Assembly: GCA_035390665.1 (NCBI GenBank)
Contig: DAOOUC010000005.1
Span: 1 to 32,000 of the forward strand
Direction: 5' to 3'
Length of the DNA stretch: 32,000 nucleotides
DNA from: an archaeon
GTDB lineage: Archaea > Iainarchaeota > Iainarchaeia > Iainarchaeales > CSSED10-239
Shown here piece by piece: positions 6,870-14,916 of this stretch. The notes below the pieces were generated by a model. That model saw nothing but the letters and a program-made list of their open reading frames with translations. It made no database searches and was not told where the DNA came from. The stretch's first letter is position 1, and the number at the start of each line of letters is the position of its first letter. A program made the translations under genes and the position numbers.

Positions 6870-7538
6870 TCAATCAAAATCTCTAGTGAAAAGATAGCTC
6901 ATCTTTTCTGCTTTTTTTGGGCCCATTTTTTCTACTTCTTGTAATTGTTTCTTATCTGCATTTGCAATGGTTTTAATATTTTTAAACTTTCTTAAAAGAG
7001 ATTTAGCAAGACTTGGACCAATATCAGGAAAAGACTCTAAAATAAAAAGTTGTTGATCTGAAAAAGACATTTTAGTTTTACTAAATCTGTGCTTAATTTC
7101 TGTCTTTACACCATACTGTTCTCTTTTTGCAATAACATATAAGAAAAGAGCTGTTTCTTTTTGATTTCTTGTAAAATATATTGGCACCCTATAGTTTAAA
7201 CCAATGGCAGTCAATAAACCAATCATTGATTTATTGTTTATTCTATTACTATTTTCAGAAAAATTAATAATGCCTTCAACAATTAGACAAGGTTTTTTAA
7301 CTTTAGTTGATAACTCTTCTATCTGATTAAAAATCCTACCATCAATAATAGATGCCTCTAAATCCGCAATTGTTTTTCTTTCAACTAAAACATCTTCGCT
7401 TAATTGATAATCCCCAAGAGACAATTGCTCAAGCTTTATCTCAACTTTAAAATCATCAGTAGAAAGAGATTGAAGCTCTTGAGAAATTTGACTTACTCTT
7501 TCTCGTAAATCACAAATAATATGTATTTTTGAAGACAT
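6870..7538 (-). CDS. ERCC4/XPF-type nuclease with C-terminal (HhH)2 domain (Hef nuclease half)
   Basis: ERCC4 signature LSLGDYQLSEDVLVERKTIADLEASIIDGRIFNQ. C-terminal helix-hairpin-helix pair LESFPDIGPSLAKSLL...LQEVEKMGPKKAEKM. Confidence 0.85.
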   Translation of the reverse strand: MSSKIHIICDLRERVSQISQELQSLSTDDFKVEIKLEQLSLGDYQLSEDVLVERKTIADLEASIIDGRIFNQIEELSTKVKKPCLIVEGIINFSENSNRINNKSMIGLLTAIGLNYRVPIYFTRNQKETALFLYVIAKREQYGVKTEIKHRFSKTKMSFSDQQLFILESFPDIGPSLAKSLLRKFKNIKTIANADKKQLQEVEKMGPKKAEKMSYLFTRDFD

Positions 7539-7540
7539 AA

Positions 7541-9124
7541 TTAAAAATCACTTATTCTTTTTTGTTCTTTCTTCCTGACTTTTCTTATAGCTGTTTTATG
7601 AAAATTCTTAAGAATCGTTTTCATTCTTTTTTCTTTATTTTGAGAAACAGTAAAATATTTTTCATCAATTGTATCTTTATTAATCAATAATACAACTTTG
7701 CCAACATTAAATCTTCCTGTTCTTCCCCTTCTTTGTATATTTCTAATTTCTGAAGCTACGGCATCATAAAATATTACTAAATCAACAGACGGAATGTCTA
7801 GTCCTTCTTCGCCAACAGAAGTACATACTAGTATATTGTAAATTCCGGATTTAAAATCAAAAATAATGGATAACTGTTCTTTTTGAGAAAGGCCCTTATC
7901 AGAGGTTTTTGTGGCTTGTCCAACAAATCGTGTTGTTTTTATGCCTGTTTGTTTGTTTAAAAGTTCTACAAGGTTAGAGGCGTTGTCTCTAAAATTATTA
8001 AAAACCAGTATTTTTGATTTAGGGTTTTCTTTAATAAATTCTTTTACAATCTTTAATAATTCTTTTTCTTTTGAGTATTCTAATCTTTCTTTATTTTTTG
8101 ATAAATATAATACTATTTCTTTAAATTCATCAGAATTATAAAAAGAACTTGCAGCTTTACTAGAATGTTTTACTTTAGCTTCTTCAACTACTTTATTTAA
8201 ATAATTTTGAAATGCAACAAAGCCTTGTGTTTCAATTAATTCCAAAGCATGTAATGCTTTAAGAATAACAGATACAAAAGATATTGCAATAAAATGATTA
8301 GTTGATTTTGATTTATTTACTAATAAAAATAATTTTGCTTGAAGATCAATAATTTGTTTTTTTGTATAATTTTCAGGAATCACATATCCTAATCTTCTTA
8401 GTACCAAAATTTTAGATTTTATAAACGATTTAAGTTTTTCTGAAACAAATTTAGAATCTTTATCTAGTTCTGTATATATTGTTTCTATTTCTACATCATT
8501 AACATAATCTACAACATCAATATCTTCTTCTGTTTTTATCTCTATGTGTTTTATACCTAAATTATCTGCAACTTCTTGAATTTTTGATTTATTTGCACCA
8601 GGAGATGCAGTTAATCCCAGTCTTTTAGTATCTTCTGAAAAATATTGAGAAATGAAAGTATATGAATAATTCCCAACAGCTCTGTGTGCTTCATCAAAAA
8701 TAATTAAATTAAAATTATTTGAATCTAATAATTTTTCTTCTAAATCGTGCTGTATTGTTTGAGGAGTTGCACAAATTATTAGACCTTCTCCATCATAAAA
8801 TGCTTTTCTCTTTTCTTGAGTAATTTCCCCAGTTAAAAGAATTATTTTTTCTTCAGAAATTTTCAAGAAATTAAGAAGGCTTTTTTTATGTTGAGCAATC
8901 AATGGTTTTGTTGGAGATAAAAGAATGATTGATTTCTTAGGATTATAAGTATAAGCAATCAACAATACTGCAACAATGGTTTTACCTAAGCCCGTTGGAG
9001 CAACAACCAATGTACTTTCTTTAATTGCTTGAGCAGTAAGTAATTCTTGATAAAGTCTTTTCTTTATTGTTTCTTTCTTAACAAGCGGGTGTTCTATAAA
9101 AATAGAATTATCCATATTAAACAA
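7541..9124 (-). CDS. Hef/FANCM/Mph1-family SF2 DNA helicase (Hef helicase half)
   Basis: Motif I VVAPTGLGKT, motif II IIFDEAHRAV (DEAH), motif VI QRRGRTGR. An inserted helical domain lies between the RecA lobes. The stop codon is 2 nt before the nuclease ATG. Confidence 0.85.
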   Translation of the reverse strand: MFNMDNSIFIEHPLVKKETIKKRLYQELLTAQAIKESTLVVAPTGLGKTIVAVLLIAYTYNPKKSIILLSPTKPLIAQHKKSLLNFLKISEEKIILLTGEITQEKRKAFYDGEGLIICATPQTIQHDLEEKLLDSNNFNLIIFDEAHRAVGNYSYTFISQYFSEDTKRLGLTASPGANKSKIQEVADNLGIKHIEIKTEEDIDVVDYVNDVEIETIYTELDKDSKFVSEKLKSFIKSKILVLRRLGYVIPENYTKKQIIDLQAKLFLLVNKSKSTNHFIAISFVSVILKALHALELIETQGFVAFQNYLNKVVEEAKVKHSSKAASSFYNSDEFKEIVLYLSKNKERLEYSKEKELLKIVKEFIKENPKSKILVFNNFRDNASNLVELLNKQTGIKTTRFVGQATKTSDKGLSQKEQLSIIFDFKSGIYNILVCTSVGEEGLDIPSVDLVIFYDAVASEIRNIQRRGRTGRFNVGKVVLLINKDTIDEKYFTVSQNKEKRMKTILKNFHKTAIRKVRKKEQKRISDF

Positions 9125-9172
9125 TAGATTTAAGTATTTAAAAGATTATCTAGGGTAGTTGTCCAATGGGAA

Positions 9173-9817
9173 TTATAATTTCACAGCAACGGGAAGTGCA
9201 CTTTTTATTCTTGTAATAAGATTTCTTACTTGTGTGTCTTTAACATTGTGTCTTTGAGTCATTAATTTTACGGTGACATTAGAACCAATTCCATTTAAAA
9301 TTAATGCTCTTGTGTGCTGTTCTAATTTATTAAATCCGGCTTTTTCTAATTGTTCTACTACTTGAGACGGACTTAATTCTCTTTGAAATAGTCCTTTTGC
9401 CAAAGACTCTGGATTATAGTCTAAATTTCTTATCCCATCTCTAATTTCTGGAATTTTAGATTTAATTACGTGTGATGCATCAGACAACTCTGTAGGTTCT
9501 CTAAAACCGCATTTAAATAAATAAATTGTTAACTTAGATTTATCTGTAATCTTAAATTGATCAACAATAATATTTGCTATATCTGTTGCTTTAAATCCAG
9601 CTTCTTTAAGATTATATTCTAAACTTATTATTTGTCTTAAAGGAATATTTCCTTCTAACAAATCTTTCAAATATATGTGTTTTTTAGCTAATTGCTCTCT
9701 TGCTTTTCTAGGTTCTGTCTGAAGAGCAGTTTTAACTGCATCTACAATTACTTTTTTTCTATTACCTAGTGCTGTTGCTTTTGGGATTCTTCCTTTCGGG
9801 ACTTTTACTCTTGCCAT
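9173..9817 (-). CDS. Hypothetical basic protein (214 aa) with repeated L-x-[EK]-x-G-F helical motif
   Basis: ORF with N-terminus MARVKVPKGRIPKATALGNRKK. Internal repeats: NLKEAGFKATDIANII, LFKCGFREPTELSD, LAKGLFQRELSPSQVV and LEKAGFNKLEQHTRALI. I did not recognise a family. Confidence 0.55.
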   Translation of the reverse strand: MARVKVPKGRIPKATALGNRKKVIVDAVKTALQTEPRKAREQLAKKHIYLKDLLEGNIPLRQIISLEYNLKEAGFKATDIANIIVDQFKITDKSKLTIYLFKCGFREPTELSDASHVIKSKIPEIRDGIRNLDYNPESLAKGLFQRELSPSQVVEQLEKAGFNKLEQHTRALILNGIGSNVTVKLMTQRHNVKDTQVRNLITRIKSALPVAVKL

Positions 9818-9936
9818 AACTAATCTATAATAATAATTACAAATATGTTTATAATATTTGCTTTCGTCAATTAAAATTAAAAAAATAAATATTAATATAA
9901 TTAAAATTAGATTTAGATTAGAATAAGAATAAACTT

Positions 9937-9958
9937 AAAAAATAAGAAAAAGAAAAGA
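9937..9958 (-). terminator. Oligo-T tract downstream of the L1-P0-P1 operon
   Basis: The minus strand reads TCTTTTCTTTTTCTTATTTTTT about 15 nt after the P1 stop codon, which fits oligo-T termination in archaea. Confidence 0.35.
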
Positions 9959-9972
9959 TTATTTGGTTTAAT

Positions 9973-10269
9973 TTAACCAAATAATGCACTTAATCCTTCA
10001 GCTGCTGCTTCTTCTGTTACAACGTGCTCTTCTGCTGCTGGTGCTTTCTTTGTTTCATGTCCACCTGCTGCTGGAGCTGCTGCTACTTGAACAACGGAAG
10101 CCTTCTCTATTGCTTCTGCAATGTTAATGTCTTTTAATGTTGCAACTAATCCTTTTAATTTTGCATCATCTGCAGAAACACCTGCTGAACTTAAAACTGA
10201 TTTTAAGTTTGCTTCTGTAATTTCCTTATTTGCTTTGTGTAATAACAAAACTGCATATATATAATCCAT
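9973..10269 (-). CDS. rpl12: 50S ribosomal stalk protein P1 (L12e)
   Basis: N-terminus [11 protein letters not shown], an Ala/Glu-rich hinge, and the conserved C-terminal EGLSALFG tail. Length 98 aa. Confidence 0.9.
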   Translation of the reverse strand: MDYIYAVLLLHKANKEITEANLKSVLSSAGVSADDAKLKGLVATLKDINIAEAIEKASVVQVAAAPAAGGHETKKAPAAEEHVVTEEAAAEGLSALFG

Positions 10270-10291
10270 ATTTCACACCTCTAAATTTTAA

Positions 10292-11047
10292 TTATTCTTT
10301 ATTAACTAAAGCATCAAGTGCTTTAGCCTCTCTTTCTGCTTTTACAATCATTGGTTCAACTGTTTCTTTACAGATATAACCAATATCAACTCCAAGACCA
10401 ATTGCTTGTCTTGCAGCTGTTGCTATTTGCATAATTATTGTGTCTCTATCAATGTCAAGTACTTCTTTATTGTAAATCATTCCGTCCTCTTTTACTAAAA
10501 CTACACTTAATAAAAGTTCAACTGGCTTGATATCTAATTTTGAAAGAGTACTTACAATGTCGCTATTGATTACAGACCCTGCTTTAGCAATTACTGTGTC
10601 GTCTGGAACAAATATTGTTGCACCTCTTACTTGTGCTTTTATTCCAACCTTTTTTAAATCAGATAATGCTGGTCCTGGTGGAAGTCCTGTATCTCCGGCT
10701 GGAACTACAATATCTATAGGAGCAAGCATTCCGATCTTTGCTTTTGAACGTGCTTTTGTTTTTTTAATTGCACCATAAAGTTCGAATGCATTTTTATTTG
10801 TTAAAATTACTATTGGTTGATCAGGTAATTTTTCAACAATATCTTTGTGTCCTTTACTTTCTAAAACTTTCTTTAGAACATTCTTAGATGTTACCTTAAA
10901 TACTGTGTCATCTACATTCTTTTTAACTTTTTGTAAAAGATTAGATGGAAAATCTTTAAGATCTGCAATACCTACAACCTTATAACTTCCAATTAATTTT
11001 GATATATCATCAAACTGGGTATGTCTCCATGATTTTGTGTGTCTCAT
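10292..11047 (-). CDS. rpl10: 50S ribosomal stalk protein P0 (L10), short form
   Basis: Its position between L1 and P1 matches the conserved archaeal order. The sequence looks like the L10/P0 N-terminal domain (VVGIADLKDFPSNLLQKVKK...GMLAPIDIVVPAGDTGLPPGP). It overlaps the L1 gene by 4 nt. It is only 251 aa and lacks the P1-like acidic tail. Confidence 0.85.
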   Translation of the reverse strand: MRHTKSWRHTQFDDISKLIGSYKVVGIADLKDFPSNLLQKVKKNVDDTVFKVTSKNVLKKVLESKGHKDIVEKLPDQPIVILTNKNAFELYGAIKKTKARSKAKIGMLAPIDIVVPAGDTGLPPGPALSDLKKVGIKAQVRGATIFVPDDTVIAKAGSVINSDIVSTLSKLDIKPVELLLSVVLVKEDGMIYNKEVLDIDRDTIIMQIATAARQAIGLGVDIGYICKETVEPMIVKAEREAKALDALVNKE

Positions 11048-11715
11048 TTATCATCACCCATTTTAATTGTTTTACTCATTGTTGATTTAATGTAGATTGT
11101 ATGTAAATTTTGAAAGCCATTTGGTAATTTATCAATTAATGATTTAATAATCATTACTGCATTATCTGTTAAATCAGATTTACCTTGACTTTTCTTTCCA
11201 ACCTTTACTTGTAAAGCAACAGAGCTTTTATTTTTTTTATTTGAAATTTTTTGTTGTGAGATTGATGCAGTTATTAATGTTTTAATTGCATTAACATTTG
11301 GTGGAGCAATCATTGGCATTTTCCCTCTAGGACTTAAAGCCTGTCCTAAGTGCTTACCGACAGTTAACATAACTGGTCCTTCAGCTAAGAATACCTTATA
11401 TTCCTCTGCCATTTTTTTCGCATCTTTCTTAGAAATCTTTGGAATCTCATCATCCATAATTACTTTATCGACAACGCCTTTTAATTCTTGTGCAAGATTT
11501 TTATCTTTAACAAAAACTAAAGATTTGACTTTGTCTAAATATGGGTGTGGTAGATTAATTGTATATTCTATTCTTTGATCTTTGTTTTTAACATTGATGT
11601 TTTTAAGAGTAACAATCATCTCTACTGCTTCGTCAAAGTTTCTTTTTTTTGAAATAGACAATAACTCAGTTATAGCCTTTTCAACTACTTGTTTTTCTGT
11701 TATATTTTTATCCAA
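11044..11715 (-). CDS. rpl1: 50S ribosomal protein L1
   Basis: L1-like sequence (DEAVEMIVTLKNI...RIEYTINLPHP...GKHLGQALSPRGKMP). TTG start at 11713-11715, preceded by a strong SD. Confidence 0.9.
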   Translation of the reverse strand: MDKNITEKQVVEKAITELLSISKKRNFDEAVEMIVTLKNINVKNKDQRIEYTINLPHPYLDKVKSLVFVKDKNLAQELKGVVDKVIMDDEIPKISKKDAKKMAEEYKVFLAEGPVMLTVGKHLGQALSPRGKMPMIAPPNVNAIKTLITASISQQKISNKKNKSSVALQVKVGKKSQGKSDLTDNAVMIIKSLIDKLPNGFQNLHTIYIKSTMSKTIKMGDDK

Positions 11716-11722
11716 AATTTAG

Positions 11723-11729
11723 CACCTCC
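11723..11729 (-). promoter_or_regulatory. Shine-Dalgarno GGAGGTG for rpl1
   Basis: The minus strand reads GGAGGTG, then 7 nt, then the TTG start codon. Confidence 0.6.
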
Positions 11730-11813
11730 TGCCTGAAAGCAGTTTTAACGGGATAATATAATAAATAATATATAAATAATTCAATTTATAAAGATATAAG
11801 ATTTAAAGTAAAA

Positions 11814-12671
11814 TTACTTTAAATACTTAATTGTGTTAATTACAATTGCTTTACTAATCCCTGGATTAAAATTAAAATAAATTACTTTTCCCATAATTAA
11901 AGATTGCTCTGCTATTGCAACATATGGTTTCTTAACCCTTGGATCTTCTAAATAAGCAACTTCTTTACCAACAACTTGAACATCAAATGTTCTTGTTCTT
12001 ATTGGTCCACTTGTTTCAACTGCAGGAACTTGTAATATTCCACTCATTATTGGATGTTCTTCCATTACAGCATATAATGTTCCTTGCATATCAATTGGTT
12101 GTAAACATGATGGTCTTGATCCTACTACGTCACAACTAACTGGAACAATATCTCCAAAATTTGCTTGCCAACCAAGAACTGAAACATCGTCTGGTCTTTG
12201 TATTCCTGAATTTAAAACAATTATTAATTTTCCACCTTTCTTAACATAAGAAGTTATGGCATCAGCTGTTCTTCTTGAAATAGATTTATCAGTCTGCATT
12301 GATTGATCTAAAACTATAATATTATATCCTTTGATTCTTTCAACTGGATTATGTTGTATACTATCAAGAGTCATATATCTTACTTCTTTAATTAAATCTT
12401 TATTCTCTTGATCACTTAATATATTTCTAAATTCTTGATTTGGAGAACCTAATACTAAAATTCTTACTCCTGATCCGGAATTAAAGAATGATGCGCCTCC
12501 AGATAATATGTTTGTTTTAAAAACAACTAATAGTAAAACTATAATTATTACTGCAATTGGCAAAATGTTTTCCCATTTTACAGAAACTCCACCAAATAGT
12601 TTTTTTCCTGAATCTGAAGCCATTCCTGCATCAAAATCCGAACCGAAATCGTCTCCCATATCTTTAGGCAT
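11814..12671 (-). CDS. Hypothetical membrane-anchored protein with an extracytoplasmic alpha/beta domain (possibly class I glutamine-amidotransferase-like fold)
   Basis: Acidic N-terminus, one TM helix (ILPIAVIIIVLLLVVF), then an alternating beta-alpha pattern (VRILVLGS...YNIIVLDQ...GGKLIIVLNSG) and a Cys pair (VSCDVVGSRPSCL). The fold assignment is a guess. Confidence 0.5.
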   Translation of the reverse strand: MPKDMGDDFGSDFDAGMASDSGKKLFGGVSVKWENILPIAVIIIVLLLVVFKTNILSGGASFFNSGSGVRILVLGSPNQEFRNILSDQENKDLIKEVRYMTLDSIQHNPVERIKGYNIIVLDQSMQTDKSISRRTADAITSYVKKGGKLIIVLNSGIQRPDDVSVLGWQANFGDIVPVSCDVVGSRPSCLQPIDMQGTLYAVMEEHPIMSGILQVPAVETSGPIRTRTFDVQVVGKEVAYLEDPRVKKPYVAIAEQSLIMGKVIYFNFNPGISKAIVINTIKYLK

Positions 12672-12770
12672 TTAATATCACATTTTAATTTTTATATTAT
12701 AAATAAATTTATGGCATATTTGTTTTTTAAATGTTTCGTAAATTCTTAACTTTACAAAATTACTGTTTTT

Positions 12771-13997
12771 TCAAAAAATCTTCTCTTCTATCTCTAATAA
12801 TCTATTATATTTGACTGTTCTTTCTGATCTTGCTGGCGCTCCAAATTTTATGTAATCACTAGAAAGACCATAAGCTAAATCAGAAATAAAATTATCTTCT
12901 GTTTCTCCAGATCTGTGTGAAACAACAACTTTCCAATTTGCTTTCTTTGCTAAATTAAATGCATTTATTGATTCTGTTAATGTTCCTATTTGATTTACTT
13001 TTAAAAGAAGAGCATTACATTGTTTCTTAGTTATTGCTTGTTTTATTAGTGTTGGATTTGTTACTAATAAATCATCTCCAATAATATTTATTTTATTTCC
13101 AAATTTTTTTGTAAATTCAGCCCAGGGTTTTTTATCATCTTCTGAAAATGGGTCTTCTATTGAAGTAATATTATACTCTTTTAAAAGTTGAGAATAATAA
13201 TCCATCAATTCCAAAGATGAATGTTTTTTATTATTAATTAGATATTTTCCTTTCTCGTAAAATTCACTTGCTGCAACATCTATTCCTATATCTACTTTAT
13301 ATCCTGATTTCTTAATTGAATTCTCTAAAAGATCAAAAGCATCTCTTGGATCTGTTATATTTGGAGCAAAACCGCCTTCAAAACCAACATTTGTAGCTGA
13401 TGATCCATATTTTTTATTTATATTTTCTTTTAAAATTTGATAAATCTCACAAGAGGCTTGCAAATTTTTTGAAATTGTCTTTTCTTTAGGAATTATTTGA
13501 AATTCCTGAAATGCTAAATCCGTTCCAGCGTGCTTTCCTCCATTTATTATATTTAATAATGGAATTGGCATCTTTTCATTAATTTTATTTTCATTTAATC
13601 TAGAAATATATTTATATAATGAAATTCCAAGCTCTTGACTTGCTGCTCTTGCACAAGCAAGACTTACAGATAAAATTGCATTTGCTCCAAGATTTGATTT
13701 GTTTTCTGTACCATCTATTTCAATCATTAGATTATCAATATTACTTTGATCTAAAACAAACTCTCCAATTAGTTTTTTAGAAATCTTACAATTTACATTA
13801 TTGATTGCTTTAGTTACATCCTTTCCTCCGAATGCTTTTCCCTCATCTCTTAATTCTAAAGCTTCTCTTTTACCACTACTTGTTCCTGATGGAACACATG
13901 CATAAGCAATTGTATTATTAGTATAAACAAAAGTTTTAATTGTTGGTATTCCTCTTGAATCTAAAATTCTTATTGCCTTTATTTTTTTAATATTCAT
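12771..13997 (-). CDS. eno: Enolase (2-phosphoglycerate dehydratase)
   Basis: ILDSRG.PT N-terminal motif, the SHRSGETED signature, and the IKFGAPARSERTVKYNRLLEIE C-terminus. Confidence 0.95.
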   Translation of the reverse strand: MNIKKIKAIRILDSRGIPTIKTFVYTNNTIAYACVPSGTSSGKREALELRDEGKAFGGKDVTKAINNVNCKISKKLIGEFVLDQSNIDNLMIEIDGTENKSNLGANAILSVSLACARAASQELGISLYKYISRLNENKINEKMPIPLLNIINGGKHAGTDLAFQEFQIIPKEKTISKNLQASCEIYQILKENINKKYGSSATNVGFEGGFAPNITDPRDAFDLLENSIKKSGYKVDIGIDVAASEFYEKGKYLINNKKHSSLELMDYYSQLLKEYNITSIEDPFSEDDKKPWAEFTKKFGNKINIIGDDLLVTNPTLIKQAITKKQCNALLLKVNQIGTLTESINAFNLAKKANWKVVVSHRSGETEDNFISDLAYGLSSDYIKFGAPARSERTVKYNRLLEIEEKIF

Positions 13998-14000
13998 AAT

Positions 14001-14693
14001 TTATTCCTCTTTCTTTTTTAAAACAACTCTTGCATGACTTTTATCTAATATTTTTCCAACACTTAAATTACTATTAAATAAACTTGTTCCAAATATTTCA
14101 GAGTACAATAATTTGTTTGCATAAGAATCCAAAGACGAATAATTAAATTCTTTTGATTCTACAAGATAATTTTTTATTTCATCAATGTCAGAATTAACTA
14201 TATTTAATCCTTTTATTTCAGTTAAATTTGGCGCATGATTATTAGAAAGTGTTTCTTTTAAAAGAATTGAATTAATATTTGAATATTTGTGTAAATAATA
14301 TGCATCAGTCCAGATATCGTGACCTAAAAATAAAATTCCTTCTTTAGAAGAACTAAATTTTTTATTTAAATAATAAACTTTGAAATATTCATCTGAATAA
14401 TTTGAATCTTTTTCTTTCGCTTGTTTTTTAATATCTTTGTCTATTTCATTTAATGATTCATAATAGTCTTCTGATATATCGATTATGTTGTCTTTTTTAA
14501 AATAAGAATCAATGCCATTTTCGGATAATATTTTTTCAGAGTTGTCTTTCTCTAAGCCTGTAATGAGTCCTAAATTAATTTTCTGATCTTTAGAAAATTC
14601 AACTAGTTCTGATAAATATGATGTGTCTGGACGTTTATTTAATTTGCCTTTGATTAAGACATCAAATAATCCAAAGTATAAATATTTAATCAT
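14001..14693 (-). CDS. Hypothetical protein, possibly a degenerate HAD-superfamily fold
   Basis: The stop of eno is 3 nt... more precisely, this gene starts 3 nt downstream of the eno stop. It has motif-like segments YLYFGLFDVL (where HAD motif I DxD would be), LGLITGL and ILFLGHDIWTDAY (GDxxxD-like). The assignment is weak. Confidence 0.45.
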   Translation of the reverse strand: MIKYLYFGLFDVLIKGKLNKRPDTSYLSELVEFSKDQKINLGLITGLEKDNSEKILSENGIDSYFKKDNIIDISEDYYESLNEIDKDIKKQAKEKDSNYSDEYFKVYYLNKKFSSSKEGILFLGHDIWTDAYYLHKYSNINSILLKETLSNNHAPNLTEIKGLNIVNSDIDEIKNYLVESKEFNYSSLDSYANKLLYSEIFGTSLFNSNLSVGKILDKSHARVVLKKKEE

Positions 14694-14763
14694 ATATATC
14701 TTTAAAGAAACATATATTTATAAACAATTCAAATCTATTTAATAAAAAAAAGAAGGTGAAAAA

Positions 14764-14916
14764 TTGACTCAAAGTTTAGCAAGTGGAATTCTTATTGGCA
14801 TTGGTATTGGAACATACATTCCATCTTTACCTGCTCCTTTAAATATAATTAATACTTATCTCGGATTAATATTAATTATTATTGGACTAATATTGTTAAT
14901 CAGAGCAAAAAATTAA
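14764..14916 (+). CDS. Candidate small membrane protein (50 aa, TTG start), below the ORF-track length cutoff
   Basis: GGTGA at 14755-14759 is followed by 4 nt and then TTG, the same SD spacing as for the LSm and aIF5A genes. The translation LTQSLASGILIGIGIGTYIPSLPAPLNIINTYLGLILIIIGLILLIRAKN gives two hydrophobic helices. It fills an otherwise empty 223-nt gap. Confidence 0.35.
   Translation: MTQSLASGILIGIGIGTYIPSLPAPLNIINTYLGLILIIIGLILLIRAKN

Noticed and set aside
9860-9935. Short direct repeats (AATTAAAATTA twice, AGATTTAGATTAGA, GAATAAGAATA) between the P1 gene and ORF 9173-9817
   Set aside because: These are low-complexity AT-rich spacer sequences. The repeats are short enough to arise by chance and show no CRISPR-like or iteron-like regular spacing.
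11729-11742. Small hairpin CTGC-N6-GCAG next to the rpl1 SD, considered as an L1 autoregulatory site
   Set aside because: The stem is only 4 bp, and I could not verify any resemblance to the 23S rRNA L1-binding helix. It is too weak to call.
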